In this document: in pieces, positions 1 to 9,777 of the stretch
Layout of the letters: every line of letters starts with the position of its first letter
Numbering within the stretch: the first letter of the stretch is position 1
Source: a virus
Length of the DNA: 64,000 nucleotides
Reading direction: 5' to 3' (one strand)
IMG/VR virus record: IMGVR_UViG_3300045988_068528
Coordinates: 1 to 64,000 of that record
The notes under the pieces: generated by a model
Databases searched by the model: none
What the model was told of the DNA's origin: nothing
Seen by the model: only the letters and a program-made list of their open reading frames with translations
Position numbers and translations under genes: made by a program

Positions 1-54
1 GAGCAGAGTCACCGCTTGAACCAATCTGAGCAGAGTAACCGCTTGAACCAATCT
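1..54. repeat. 27-bp tandem direct repeat, 2 copies visible, 26/27 identical; encodes the 9-aa protein repeat
   Basis: gagcagagtcaccgcttgaaccaatct / gagcagagtaaccgcttgaaccaatct. Confidence 0.8.
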
Positions 55-436
55 GTTTCTTTCTGTCTCCATTATCGTTCAACGCACCATCTGCCTTAAC
101 TTTAGATGGTGATGTTATATCTTTCAGCCACTCGACACCGATATTAATGATGTCAGCCAACTTTAACTCAGCCTTAATCTTGATACGAGAAGAGCATACC
201 TTTGTTGAATTTTCTTCTTCTTCAATCTTACCAGACTGTTCTACCTCTGCATAGCGAGAGTTAAGCATATCGTAGTAGTTCCAAACTTCCATTGGAGACT
301 TGCAAGCATGGAAGCCTCGGTTACAACACTTGATTTCTCCGTCCATTTCATACTCTTTTCCAACTTCGTACTGGAATCCACGGCATTGCATATTCTTGTC
401 GAAAGCCTTGTATGATGTAATTACTTTGTTATTCAT
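1..436 (-). CDS. hypothetical protein, truncated by the window edge; Cys/His-rich N-terminal part and C-terminal 9-aa tandem repeats (GSSG[DY]SAQI)
   Basis: ATG at 436-434 overlaps the upstream stop (ATGAATAA). The frame stays open to position 1. It is absent from the ORF track because it has no stop in the window. Confidence 0.55.
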   Translation of the reverse strand, partial: MNNKVITSYKAFDKNMQCRGFQYEVGKEYEMDGEIKCCNRGFHACKSPMEVWNYYDMLNSRYAEVEQSGKIEEEENSTKVCSSRIKIKAELKLADIINIGVEWLKDITSPSKVKADGALNDNGDRKKQIGSSGYSAQIGSSGDSA

Positions 437-590
437 ATTCTTTATCTTTATGCCCGAAGGCGGTTAATACTTTTGTGATTTCAAATTGGTCGTAAAGCGG
501 TGATTTCTTAACATGAGGTATAGAACCCAATCCGTTGTTACCTGTAACTAGTACTTCATCACCAGCAACCAAATCTTTAAGCTCTTTCAT
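429..590 (-). CDS. small hypothetical protein (53 aa)
   Basis: Hand translation gives MKELKDLVAGDEVLVTGNNG... ATGA overlaps occur at both ends, consistent with translational coupling. Confidence 0.4.
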   Translation of the reverse strand: MKELKDLVAGDEVLVTGNNGLGSIPHVKKSPLYDQFEITKVLTAFGHKDKEYE

Positions 591-1084
591 TGCTCACCTC
601 CTTCCTTTGGAAGCAAATCTTTAAAATAACACCAACGAATCATTTTTACATCATCACAAATTTCGGAGAGAAAAGAATCCCAATTACTAATCCATCTAAT
701 TGTTTCAATAGTATCAAGAAACTTTATACCTACCATATATTTCTGAACCATAGTATATCTCTTACCCTCTAGAAACTCTTCTATTATTATTTCTTCTCCG
801 ACAAGTTTAGGCTCTTCTTGCATAGGATGCCACAAGTCCTTCAAGAACTTTTCTTGCATCCACTTAACACCTAGTCCAATAGCTTCTTTGATGTCCTCTT
901 TGTCGAACATTTCCTTCTCATCTTCATTTTCGAAGGCTTCTACCATTTCACCACAGCCAAGGAATTTATCCTTATAGATTTCTTCCTTTGCAGCTTCTAT
1001 TTTCTTATCGTCTATCATATTTTTAAGTTTTATAATGACCTCCACGACCAGTATTGTGCTGGGGCTAAGAAGGTATATGGGCAT
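587..1084 (-). CDS. hypothetical protein
   Basis: 165-aa ORF in a tightly packed minus-strand operon. Confidence 0.6.
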   Translation of the reverse strand: MPIYLLSPSTILVVEVIIKLKNMIDDKKIEAAKEEIYKDKFLGCGEMVEAFENEDEKEMFDKEDIKEAIGLGVKWMQEKFLKDLWHPMQEEPKLVGEEIIIEEFLEGKRYTMVQKYMVGIKFLDTIETIRWISNWDSFLSEICDDVKMIRWCYFKDLLPKEGGEQ

Positions 1085-1131
1085 AAAGCCTTAACTTACT
1101 TTCGCTCATTCTGTGTCGTGGAAGTTATATT

Positions 1132-2103
1132 TTATTTAGATTTTTTTGTACCTAAAAGATGCTCGTTGCCTTTATAAGGAATACACTCTGCGTATATTTC
1201 GCCTCCTACTGCATGATAGAAGTCACGTTGTTCACCACTTGATGATACACGATGTTCTGTATAAGCATATTGGCACAATTCCCACCCTCTATTGTTGTAT
1301 TTCCCTATGTATTTCATCAAACACAAGTCCATAGGCTTAAACTCATACTTGGGCTTCAAATCAACTACTTCGTTCTTCTCAGCATCCCATCGTTTGCCTT
1401 CCTTTGCTAAAGCGTCAAAGAGTTGCTGTTTCTCTTCTTCTGTGGCAAGGCGAAGATAAAAAATACTTGATATACCAATTTTATGGGAGATAGCCCCATA
1501 TTGCTTAGAGAGACCTGCATAAATCTTTATATGTTTATTGGTAAACTCTTTAATGATATATGTGTTATATCCATGCACATCATGAACTATATCCCCATCC
1601 TTGAACTCAGGCTGCTTCTGGATTTCAAGTGTTTGCAGGTTTAGCTTACCACCAAATCTCTCCTCAATACATTTGATAAAAGATTTCGCCTCCTCTTCTG
1701 ATGCTAAAGTATGTAAATTGGTATCAAGAAAACCATCTTCTACCAAACTAATTGTCTTTGCATAGAAACTAGTATAGTTGTCATTTGACCATCTATCGAA
1801 GAGTATCTTTAAACCTCTGCTATTTACCAACACATCACCCCTCTTCCAAGCAAACTTCTCCCAGTTACGCATTTTCTTTGAAGGTACTAATATAGACTCT
1901 CCTTGCGTAGTGTATCTCCCGTCATTATAGAAAATCAATTCATCTCCAACGCTACTTAAAAGAGTAATACCAAGTTCATCTTTATCTTCTTTATCTCCTG
2001 TATATATATCTTCTATACTAAGTTCTCCAAAGGCATCAGCATAAAGCTTAGTTCCTTTCGGCTTGTCTTTTAGGATAGCCGCTACATTAATTTTTTCTTC
2101 CAT
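1132..2103 (-). CDS. hypothetical protein
   Basis: 323-aa ORF. The plus-strand ORFs overlapping it look like shadow ORFs. Confidence 0.65.
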   Translation of the reverse strand: MEEKINVAAILKDKPKGTKLYADAFGELSIEDIYTGDKEDKDELGITLLSSVGDELIFYNDGRYTTQGESILVPSKKMRNWEKFAWKRGDVLVNSRGLKILFDRWSNDNYTSFYAKTISLVEDGFLDTNLHTLASEEEAKSFIKCIEERFGGKLNLQTLEIQKQPEFKDGDIVHDVHGYNTYIIKEFTNKHIKIYAGLSKQYGAISHKIGISSIFYLRLATEEEKQQLFDALAKEGKRWDAEKNEVVDLKPKYEFKPMDLCLMKYIGKYNNRGWELCQYAYTEHRVSSSGEQRDFYHAVGGEIYAECIPYKGNEHLLGTKKSK

Positions 2104-2104
2104 A

Positions 2105-2290
2105 TCACTTTACTCTTTTGAATTGAACATTCTTTCCGTCTTTTCTAGTGCTTGCGCTACAGATAAAATCACCGCAAACATTCTCACAGATATTGCTACT
2201 TATCTCATCGAAAAAACAGCCATTACATTCTTCTTTCTCGGTCTCAACCACCTTTAAGATGATTTCTGACCCTATAGGTAAATCTTCCAT
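2105..2290 (-). CDS. small Cys-rich hypothetical protein
   Basis: 61-aa ORF containing CNGC and CENVCGDFIC motifs; it abuts its neighbours. Confidence 0.5.
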   Translation of the reverse strand: MEDLPIGSEIILKVVETEKEECNGCFFDEISSNICENVCGDFICSASTRKDGKNVQFKRVK

Positions 2291-2292
2291 AA

Positions 2293-2700
2293 TTAGACCT
2301 CCTCGTTATATTTGTAAACAAGCCCAACAACTAACTTAACAAGCTCATTGTTTGTCATAACTCGAACATCTGTATTACCAAGTCTCAGCTCATCAATGAT
2401 ACGTTCTGCAACCTTCTGAATGTGCCCCATCTTAGACAGAGGGAAACGCTCAATGTCGGAAGCCTTGTCAAGATGGAAGCTCTCACGAAGATAAGTGCCA
2501 CGAATAACGCCATAAATTGACGGACGTTTTGTTATTACCCATACACCTTCATCTAACTCGTGACATATACGCATACACACAGGCTCGTATCTGCCATTTA
2601 CCTTACCATACAAGGTATTTGATATGTCGTTCTCGGGAATCTTGTATTCCTGATAGCGACCTTTACTGTTCTTTGTGTAAAGTTTTGGAATCTTTTTCAT
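2293..2700 (-). CDS. hypothetical protein
   Basis: 135-aa ORF in the operon. Confidence 0.6.
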   Translation of the reverse strand: MKKIPKLYTKNSKGRYQEYKIPENDISNTLYGKVNGRYEPVCMRICHELDEGVWVITKRPSIYGVIRGTYLRESFHLDKASDIERFPLSKMGHIQKVAERIIDELRLGNTDVRVMTNNELVKLVVGLVYKYNEEV

Positions 2701-3655
2701 TTTTCTTACGTTTTAAGTTAGCTATTCTAGTTTCTCTAAGATACTCATCAGATTTCTTCAATCCGAGTTTCTTAGCTTGCTTAGTGACCTCGTAAACACT
2801 TCTGCCGAGGATCCTGGCAATTTGCTTATTCGAAGTGTTAGAATAAGCAACAGTCAAAGCCCTCGTCTGAGTCTCGTTCCAAGGTGTACCGGTATTGTCC
2901 TGCTCATTCTCCAGGAATTCGCCGTCAGCATTAAGGTTGAAGCCGTTGAGGATACAGGCATTCGCAAGGGCGTTCTCGGCTCGTTTCCAGTCGAGTACCT
3001 TCTGACCGATAATCTCGAAGCCGAGGTTGAATTTGTCCGGGCATTCGGAGAATACCTCATCGTCGACCTTGACAGGGTAGAGAATCTCCATAGCATTGCG
3101 CATGCGAGCATAAACTCCTCGAATAGTGTTCGTAAAGCGTTCTGCGATGTTGACGGCGTGGATACCGTTGTACTTATCCATCATCTCAGCAAAGCGTTCT
3201 ACCGAGCTTACAAGCATACTACTCATCAGTTCAGACATCAGGAGCATTGTGTACATTTTATGCTCTTTGACGTGATGCTTGAGGAACTGGTTATCGATGG
3301 CATAGAAGCATTTCTGTACGTCAAGCTTCAAGTCATCCTCGATGTTATCAGTCATATCCATCCAGAGTTGGGACATACCGCATTCCTTCATATAGTGCAT
3401 GAAGGCATCGATGAGTTCGTCAGAGCACTCCTTTGCTTCCGTGATTCTCTTCTTAGCCTCGAAGCGGAAGATTTTCTTGTTCTCCTTGATGAGGTTGTAT
3501 GTGTCTGTAATCTGGGTCTGAACGATTGAGGCAAAACCACCGACCATAGAATAGAAGAGCATATAGAAGCGATTCACCTGCTCTTCGGTTGGTACTTTGA
3601 CCGGAATTCTAGCCAATACCGGTCTAGAGTAATTCGGGTTCCATCCGGTCTGCAT
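2663..3655 (-). CDS. hypothetical protein with a C-terminal helix-turn-helix-like segment (possible DNA-binding or sigma region-4-like)
   Basis: 330-aa ORF. The C-terminus reads WNETQTRALTVAYSNTSNKQIARILGRSVYEVTKQAKKLG. Confidence 0.55.
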   Translation of the reverse strand: MQTGWNPNYSRPVLARIPVKVPTEEQVNRFYMLFYSMVGGFASIVQTQITDTYNLIKENKKIFRFEAKKRITEAKECSDELIDAFMHYMKECGMSQLWMDMTDNIEDDLKLDVQKCFYAIDNQFLKHHVKEHKMYTMLLMSELMSSMLVSSVERFAEMMDKYNGIHAVNIAERFTNTIRGVYARMRNAMEILYPVKVDDEVFSECPDKFNLGFEIIGQKVLDWKRAENALANACILNGFNLNADGEFLENEQDNTGTPWNETQTRALTVAYSNTSNKQIARILGRSVYEVTKQAKKLGLKKSDEYLRETRIANLKRKKNEKDSKTLHKEQ

Positions 3656-3656
3656 G

Positions 3657-3815
3657 CTACACCTCCCTCTCTACAGCCAATGCGCAACTGATACAGAAGA
3701 CCATCAGGAGCGAAAGGAAAACGTGTTCAACCATAAAGCAGATGAATCCGTAACCTGCGATGAATGCTGCGATAACGAGCAGGATCATTACTATTGTATG
3801 TTTGTATTTCTTCAT
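3657..3815 (-). CDS. small membrane protein (52 aa)
   Basis: Hand translation gives MKKYKHTIVMILLVIAAFIAGYGFICFMVEHVF..., which is hydrophobic. It is below the ORF-track size cutoff. Confidence 0.45.
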   Translation of the reverse strand: MKKYKHTIVMILLVIAAFIAGYGFICFMVEHVFLSLLMVFCISCALAVEREV

Positions 3816-3817
3816 AT

Positions 3818-4105
3818 TTACTTTGATTTAATGTTTCCGTATGCAGCCATATAGCTATCGAGCTGCTGTGTTGCGCGTACCAGTTTCTGATTGTAGCTAT
3901 CTCGCTCTGCCCTAGCCTTAGAAATGAAGACGAAGCTAACGATGAAAGATATTATTACCGTTACCACGATGAACAACCAGGGCAGCTTGTGTACTGCCTT
4001 GTTGATTGCTCTACCTATGTTTCTTAGGATAACCCAAGAATAAACTCCGATGAACACTACCGCTTGTTTTGTGGTTGCGTTCTCAATACGTTCTTTCTGT
4101 GTCAT
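3818..4105 (-). CDS. membrane protein, hypothetical
   Basis: 95-aa ORF with two hydrophobic segments. Confidence 0.55.
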   Translation of the reverse strand: MTQKERIENATTKQAVVFIGVYSWVILRNIGRAINKAVHKLPWLFIVVTVIISFIVSFVFISKARAERDSYNQKLVRATQQLDSYMAAYGNIKSK

Positions 4106-4222
4106 AATTCTAAAATTTACTTGGTTCGGTTACACCAGTTATCAGTTGATTTCCAATAACCAGCCATCCATATTTCTTTCTTTGTTGCATCAGGATGCTC
4201 GTTAAGCCAATCCTCTGCCATT

Positions 4223-4888
4223 TTACTTACGTCCGCCATCTTTGTCACGTTTTGATTCTCTTTCAAGCTTTCTGTTTAAAACCTCAAGAGGTGATTTCTT
4301 AATATCAATACCTTTCAGCCGGCAGTACTCTTCATAAGATACGGCGTTTCTCCTAGCTTCTTCGTCCGCTTTCTTCTGACGTAATACATTCTTTTGACTC
4401 TCAATCTCGACTCTCTTCTCGTACACCTTACACATGTACTTGTCGAGAGCGATGAATAACTTCTGTGGATTTAAAGTCCTGCCGACATAAATCTCACCGT
4501 ACTCACCAATGGAGAATTCATAGAAGAATCGTGTAAGCTCTCCTGGAGATACATGGTAATATTCCTGCCTGATACGCTGTGCAATCGCCTTGAACTGATA
4601 AGGTGTAGTAGCATCGAATGCACCTATAACCATAAACAGGTCAATAACCATTGTTTTGATCCACCATTCGCTTGCTCCTTCCTTGAAATACTTGTCGATT
4701 TCCACGAACGAAAGTCCGCCGTTCTTTACAGAGTCATACACCGTAGGAACGCTGCTGATTCTCTTTTGAAGAGTCGGGTATTTATTCAAGAACAAAGCGT
4801 ATTGCGCGCCAAATTCCTCGATTGCCTTTTTGTACTCATCCGGCAAGGATTGAGTTGATCTTATTGAAAGTTCGTTGCTGCTGTTCAT
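4223..4888 (-). CDS. hypothetical protein (replication-module position)
   Basis: 221-aa ORF. Confidence 0.6.
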   Translation of the reverse strand: MNSSNELSIRSTQSLPDEYKKAIEEFGAQYALFLNKYPTLQKRISSVPTVYDSVKNGGLSFVEIDKYFKEGASEWWIKTMVIDLFMVIGAFDATTPYQFKAIAQRIRQEYYHVSPGELTRFFYEFSIGEYGEIYVGRTLNPQKLFIALDKYMCKVYEKRVEIESQKNVLRQKKADEEARRNAVSYEEYCRLKGIDIKKSPLEVLNRKLERESKRDKDGGRK

Positions 4889-5243
4889 AACTATTTATGC
4901 TATTATTTTTCGGAGCGTACAACCCGGAATAGTTGTTTCCCATAGAATGCTCAACGATAACCTTTGCGTATTCTGGATTTCCATTTGACAACTGTAGAAG
5001 TTTCTTTTTAAGAGCTTCTAACCCACGAGGCTTGTAAGTCTGATGCTTTTCTTTCTTGTATGCAAGCCACATTTCAAGAGCTTCCTGGCAAGGATAAAAC
5101 TCCTCTTGCTGCCCTTCTTCCTCAAAGTCAGATAAATCTTTTCCTAACGAGAATGCAGCACCCAGACAAAAGATTTTCTGCTTTTCCAAGTCATTCGGGA
5201 ATAACTCGCCTGACTTCTGTCTAATTTCTTTAGGTAACATCAT
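4836..5243 (-). CDS. hypothetical protein
   Basis: 135-aa ORF. The start is uncertain because it overlaps the downstream gene. Confidence 0.5.
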   Translation of the reverse strand: MMLPKEIRQKSGELFPNDLEKQKIFCLGAAFSLGKDLSDFEEEGQQEEFYPCQEALEMWLAYKKEKHQTYKPRGLEALKKKLLQLSNGNPEYAKVIVEHSMGNNYSGLYAPKNNSINSYEQQQRTFNKINSILAG

Positions 5244-5246
5244 TAT

Positions 5247-5684
5247 TTATAAATATTGTTTGGAATTCTGAATATCATGTTCGATGTGCAGAAGCGCTAT
5301 ATACTCTTCAGAAGAGGGAATATAAATGCCGGCTACGTTACTAGCCCAGTTTCTGAAACGTTCGATAGCCACAGACAGCTCTTCTTTCGTAAGCTTTGCG
5401 GTTGATATTACGTATTCCCTATCTGTTCCGAGCAGATCATCGCGCTTCTGCCGCACGAACAAGTCTCTATTGACGATCCTCTTGAAGTAACAGGTCTTGA
5501 CTTCATCTAGAGTGTTGCCGGTCTGCAAGCCGAAGCAAGCGAGGATTGTATGAAGGTACTTCAACTGCTGAAGTGTCTTTGCCTTCTTTTCCACGACCTC
5601 TACCATACTCTGCTTCTCAATCAGCTTCTCTATCTTCAGTCTGAGATTCTGCACTTCAAGAGGATTCTTGGTGTTATACATCAT
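5247..5684 (-). CDS. hypothetical protein (weak resemblance to NinB/Orf-type recombination mediators)
   Basis: 145-aa ORF. The TLQQLKYLHTILACFG segment and its position next to the SSB support the weak resemblance. Confidence 0.5.
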   Translation of the reverse strand: MMYNTKNPLEVQNLRLKIEKLIEKQSMVEVVEKKAKTLQQLKYLHTILACFGLQTGNTLDEVKTCYFKRIVNRDLFVRQKRDDLLGTDREYVISTAKLTKEELSVAIERFRNWASNVAGIYIPSSEEYIALLHIEHDIQNSKQYL

Positions 5685-5737
5685 ACACTATTTCTGCGTT
5701 GAATGTATCTTTAATCAGCTTTAGCTTCCCTTCTAGG

Positions 5738-6193
5738 CTAGAATGGAAGATCATCAGATTTCCCTTGTGGCTGGGCTGGAGGCTGGACTGGTGGAAACGG
5801 ATTGCTTGGATTCGTCGGGTTAGGAGCTCCAACCATAACTGCCTGTTGTGCTGCTTGTGCTGCCTGTGCGCCAGCCTGAGGACTCATGTTGTAGCCACCC
5901 TGCATAGGAGCCTGCTGACCCGGACGAATAATATTCCAAGCCTTGATACTATTAAACCAACGGTCCTGATATTGTCTTGCATCAATATCAAACTGAACAG
6001 TGATTGTCTCACCACCCTTGATATTAAACTGTGCAATCCTGTCAGCACCGAAAACCTCGAAACAGAGATGCTTTGGATATTGCTCCTGTGTTTCGATTAC
6101 AAAAGACTGTGATTTCCATTCTCCTCGCTGCGACGTTCCAGAACGCTCCGGAAGAATGGCAATCACGACACCTGTCATTTCCATGTTAATCAA
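5738..6193 (-). CDS. single-stranded DNA-binding protein-like (resembles Bacteroidota DUF3127 OB-fold proteins)
   Basis: It has an N-terminal OB-like region, a Gln/Pro/Ala-rich linker and an acidic C-terminal tip DDLPF, which is typical of SSB tails. Confidence 0.75.
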   Translation of the reverse strand: MINMEMTGVVIAILPERSGTSQRGEWKSQSFVIETQEQYPKHLCFEVFGADRIAQFNIKGGETITVQFDIDARQYQDRWFNSIKAWNIIRPGQQAPMQGGYNMSPQAGAQAAQAAQQAVMVGAPNPTNPSNPFPPVQPPAQPQGKSDDLPF

Positions 6194-6938
6194 TTTTTGT
6201 GTTATATAAATACTGAGTTAAGCCTCTGAGTTCGCACCAATCCAAGAATTGGTCTAGGAGGTTATGAATATCCTGCTCCATCCCATCGTATCGATAGACA
6301 CGGATAGCCGGAGTGTAAGGTATAAGCGGAAGACCACGAACATCATACCCGTGTTTTTCGAGCTTATAGCCATCAAAGCAGAATAGGTCAAAATCGAAGA
6401 TGTCTGCACCGAACATATCAAGATAGAATCTCCATTGACAGGAATCGTAGTACTGACTATCAGAAGGAGCACTATACTTTGTCTTAATGTCACGGAGCTG
6501 CAATCCGTTTACCATATCAGCACATCCGGTTACTACGGCTCTGCCATAGTCTTTGTACTTGCGTATCTCATGGAATGCCTCAATGTTTTGGTAGCGGTAG
6601 TCCAGGGCAACCTTAATCTGTGAAAGGTCAAGCGTCACAGGGTATCCTTCTATATCAAAAGTTCTGCCCTCCGGCACAGGTTCCTGCTTTTCCTTACCAT
6701 AGTAAGTATACGTTCGGTAACCGGCAGAGGCTACGACACAGGGTTGACAACCAGTCTCAACGATGGCGTGAAACGCAGTTCCAACCCTAGCATACTCATT
6801 GCCCTGGAACTCACCAACAATATTATCAATAACGCTCTGCTCCGTTACCTCAAAGTTGTCATGTTCACTCTGTTCGATGTATCTTCTAAAAGACTCTATA
6901 GTTGTCACTCTGACGAGTGGCTTGCTACTTTTTCCCAT
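6186..6938 (-). CDS. PD-(D/E)XK-family nuclease (recombination exonuclease-like)
   Basis: The motif ADMVNG...LRDIKT fits D...(D/E)xK. The start was moved to MGKSSKP (ATG 6938), which overlaps the upstream gene by 14 nt. Confidence 0.6.
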   Translation of the reverse strand: MGKSSKPLVRVTTIESFRRYIEQSEHDNFEVTEQSVIDNIVGEFQGNEYARVGTAFHAIVETGCQPCVVASAGYRTYTYYGKEKQEPVPEGRTFDIEGYPVTLDLSQIKVALDYRYQNIEAFHEIRKYKDYGRAVVTGCADMVNGLQLRDIKTKYSAPSDSQYYDSCQWRFYLDMFGADIFDFDLFCFDGYKLEKHGYDVRGLPLIPYTPAIRVYRYDGMEQDIHNLLDQFLDWCELRGLTQYLYNTKID

Positions 6939-7881
6939 CGTTAGCAGGTTTAGCCTCTTCCTTCTTCTCTGTCTTCTTGGCGGCAGACTTTTTGTCCTCG
7001 GAAGGCTTAGTGAACTTGTTGCCAGCAAAGACGAATCCCTTTGCAGTGAGAGCGGTGTTGATCTCGTTAAAGAACGGCTGCTTCATAATCTGTGGGAGTT
7101 CCTTGCAATCAGCCAGGAGTTTTGCAGCAGACTCATCATCCTCGACCTTCGCAAGCTCTCCACGCAACTTGGTAATAAGCTCGTTTGCCTTGCGCTGTGC
7201 CTCAGACTTAGACTGAATAGACTGCTTCACCTTCTTGATGATGTCTGCCATAAATGTTGAAAACTCAGGAGAAGTAGCATCAGGAATCTCCGTCATCGGA
7301 ATCTGGGCGACATTCTTGCCGACGTAGTTATCATTCGGCTCGAAAGAAATCGTACGCATCGCATTAATGAGAGAGATGAATCCTACCTGGTCCGCAATAC
7401 GGAGAAGCAAATCCTTGGACTGGCCAGTACAATCTGGAGAATGCTTGACTATATCACCCTCTGTCTGCTCCTTATCGTGGCAGATGAAGATAATATCAGA
7501 ACCATTCTGACGAAGAACATTAACGAACGCTTTGAAGTCATCAGCCATACGGCCAAACTTCTTCAGTGTATTCTTTGCCAGCTTATAGTCAGTCTGTACT
7601 GCATAAGTTGAGAGATAGTCATCAAGCGTTGCTTTTGCGGTATCAACGATGATTGTCTTGTAGGAGCTCATATCATTCTGAGCGCACAAGATATCTTCCC
7701 ATCGGTTGGCTACGAGGGTATCTACTCGCTGAACACTGCGGTCATAACCTCTGTCCGTATCTACGAGCAAAGGAACCTCTGCTGTAGTTGCAACTGATGT
7801 TTTGCCTGAACCAGGCTGACCATAAAGAACAATAATAACCGGACGTTCTGGAGTAACGTCATCCTTTTTAATAATTGGCAT
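6925..7881 (-). CDS. RecA-fold ATPase, Sak4-like single-strand annealing/recombination protein
   Basis: Walker A is YGQPGSGKTS and Walker B-like is IIFICHDKE. The start was taken at MPIIKK (7881). It sits next to the nuclease and SSB genes. Confidence 0.7.
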   Translation of the reverse strand: MPIIKKDDVTPERPVIIVLYGQPGSGKTSVATTAEVPLLVDTDRGYDRSVQRVDTLVANRWEDILCAQNDMSSYKTIIVDTAKATLDDYLSTYAVQTDYKLAKNTLKKFGRMADDFKAFVNVLRQNGSDIIFICHDKEQTEGDIVKHSPDCTGQSKDLLLRIADQVGFISLINAMRTISFEPNDNYVGKNVAQIPMTEIPDATSPEFSTFMADIIKKVKQSIQSKSEAQRKANELITKLRGELAKVEDDESAAKLLADCKELPQIMKQPFFNEINTALTAKGFVFAGNKFTKPSEDKKSAAKKTEKKEEAKPANDGKK

Positions 7882-7907
7882 TTTATTTTTTTTTGTTTTA
7901 AAATTAA

Positions 7908-8042
7908 TCACTCGTACCTCCAATCCCAATGCCTGCAAACGTAGTCTCCAGAGTTACTAGCCTTTGGGTCGTCGCATAAACCTAGCAGGATGCAATCGTG
8001 GCAGCTTCTCTTATAGAATGGAGCGATTTTACTGTTTGCCAT
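7908..8042 (-). CDS. small Cys-containing hypothetical protein (44 aa)
   Basis: Hand translation gives MANSKIAPFYKRSCHDCILLGLCDD...; it fills the gap between neighbouring genes. Confidence 0.35.
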   Translation of the reverse strand: MANSKIAPFYKRSCHDCILLGLCDDPKASNSGDYVCRHWDWRYE

Positions 8043-8054
8043 AGCTTTTTGGGT

Positions 8055-8318
8055 TTAATGTACTCTATTAATGTAACAGAAGTAAGTTTCCACGTTAACC
8101 TTTTCTCCCTTAGGAGTAACCCTTTCGTAGTGTCGTGGAATCTTACCGAGCTTTCTTCCCGTACCCTCTATATAGTCCAGGAAGATAGCTCTAGCCGCCA
8201 GAGTTCTAGCTTTCTTTGTGTCGAGTTCCATCAGACAGGAATGAACCTCTCTCAGATGGACCACGGCAGCAGCTTCACCCGGCGGCATAGATGCGATGAT
8301 TTCGTTGATTCTACCCAT
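8055..8318 (-). CDS. hypothetical protein
   Basis: 87-aa ORF with an ATGA-type junction to the next gene. Confidence 0.5.
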   Translation of the reverse strand: MGRINEIIASMPPGEAAAVVHLREVHSCLMELDTKKARTLAARAIFLDYIEGTGRKLGKIPRHYERVTPKGEKVNVETYFCYINRVH

Positions 8319-9064
8319 TATACCTCCATAATAGGAATCTCGGGACAGTGCTTACGAATTTTGTCAAGCTCCGCATTGATGATCTTGTCGCGGGATTCTT
8401 CGATGATACATTCTGCATCAGCAGAGATAAGCGTCAGCAATGCCGTATTGCCTTCAACGTGAGCGATAGTCTCGATAGAGAGTTTCTCTGGCTCGGCGCC
8501 CTTGAAGATTGGAACGTTGATAACGAACGATGGAGGAAGGTTAGAGTCTACAGCCTTCTCGTAGTTGTCAGTTACAGAGCCATTATCGTTGAGTTCCTTC
8601 TTGATTGTTGTCTGAACCTTTGCTGAAAAACTCTTGAGGAGATTGACGAGTTCCATGTTCTTCTCCTTCGTCTCGAAGTAAGAACGGTTGAGACGGAAGA
8701 AGTCGCCAAGCTGTACTGGTGTCCATAACTGACCGTCGTTGATATGGAATCCCGTAAACTGTCGAGACAGCTGAATTGAGCCTACGACAGTCTGCTTAGT
8801 TCGCTCATCGTTCTCGTTTGTTACAAGAACAACGGCAAGTTTCTCTCGATCAACAAGGATATGCGTATGCTCTTTGTCAATCTGCTCTGTACCCCAACGC
8901 TTTTCAAGGAAAGCATAGATACAGGTAATGACGCCGTGCACCTGAAGGTTAATCGGCTCCTTGACAGGAAGCTTATAAGGGTTCTCATTACCAACCTCAC
9001 GGATAACAAGCTCCGCAGAAGTCTGTCCCGGAGCAAAATTTACTTGCATTTTTTCATTGTCCAT
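8318..9064 (-). CDS. hypothetical protein
   Basis: 248-aa ORF. Confidence 0.6.
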   Translation of the reverse strand: MDNEKMQVNFAPGQTSAELVIREVGNENPYKLPVKEPINLQVHGVITCIYAFLEKRWGTEQIDKEHTHILVDREKLAVVLVTNENDERTKQTVVGSIQLSRQFTGFHINDGQLWTPVQLGDFFRLNRSYFETKEKNMELVNLLKSFSAKVQTTIKKELNDNGSVTDNYEKAVDSNLPPSFVINVPIFKGAEPEKLSIETIAHVEGNTALLTLISADAECIIEESRDKIINAELDKIRKHCPEIPIMEV

Positions 9065-9106
9065 TTTATATAAAATGTCTAAAAGTTAAAACAAAGTGAA
9101 AGCAGA

Positions 9107-9556
9107 CTACATAGCCTGCTTGTCACGGATAATTGAATACATATTCTTAGGGAGTTCGTCACGTGTTGCCGGACGGGAAGAAACAAGATTGCCCTCCTTG
9201 TCATAGAAGGCTGTCATTTTAGAATCACGGTCAACGAACTTGTAAACCTTCTCGTTAACCATACTGCCCTTCTGCTTGATTTCCTTAAGGAGAGAAGAAA
9301 TCTCTTCCTTGATAGGCTTCAGCTCTGCCTTTTTCTGCTCACGGAAATCCTTGATTTCCTCCTCGATGTCTGAGGCACGTGCGGACTGAAGAGCAAACAG
9401 ATCCTTCTTCTTCATCAGCTCATCAGAGTTGAATCGCTTGACGAACTCCATCTTTTCTACGGAATCAGCGTTGTTGGCGAGGAAATCCTCACGCTCCTCC
9501 AGGTCCTCGTACTCGTGACCGAGTGTTGCTGCAATAGTTGCTTTTTCTTTTGCCAT
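9107..9556 (-). CDS. hypothetical coiled-coil protein
   Basis: 149-aa ORF rich in charged heptad-like sequence. Confidence 0.55.
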   Translation of the reverse strand: MAKEKATIAATLGHEYEDLEEREDFLANNADSVEKMEFVKRFNSDELMKKKDLFALQSARASDIEEEIKDFREQKKAELKPIKEEISSLLKEIKQKGSMVNEKVYKFVDRDSKMTAFYDKEGNLVSSRPATRDELPKNMYSIIRDKQAM

Positions 9557-9567
9557 TGTTATATGAA

Positions 9568-9777
9568 TTAATGTGTTAATACTCGGCGCCAGCGTCCACG
9601 CTTAAATTTCTTGTCCGCGTGGATTCCGAACAACTTTGGTGTTGTGACACCATCCATCATAGGAAGCACATTGCCCTTCTTCAAAATACTTTCGAAATGT
9701 GAAGAAGTGACAGGAGCGTGGCAGATGATGTTCTTCTGAACATCATACAAGTTGCAATACTTTGATACTACACCCAT
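9568..9777 (-). CDS. hypothetical protein
   Basis: 69-aa ORF. Confidence 0.45.
   Translation of the reverse strand: MGVVSKYCNLYDVQKNIICHAPVTSSHFESILKKGNVLPMMDGVTTPKLFGIHADKKFKRGRWRRVLTH

Noticed and set aside
2777-3529. Long ORFs antisense to clearly coding genes. Examples: 2777-3529(+), 6799-7260(+), 16866-17531(-), 24067-24684(+), 26477-27004(-), 31445-32056(+), 42372-42875(-), 53968-54486(-), 54575-55360(-), 55558-56331(-), 56765-57196(-), 57193-57717(-), 62593-63072(-).
   Set aside because: Each lies fully inside a longer opposite-strand or alternate-frame ORF that has recognisable motifs or operon context. Their translations are low-complexity, rich in Ser, Leu and Arg, which is typical of shadow ORFs.
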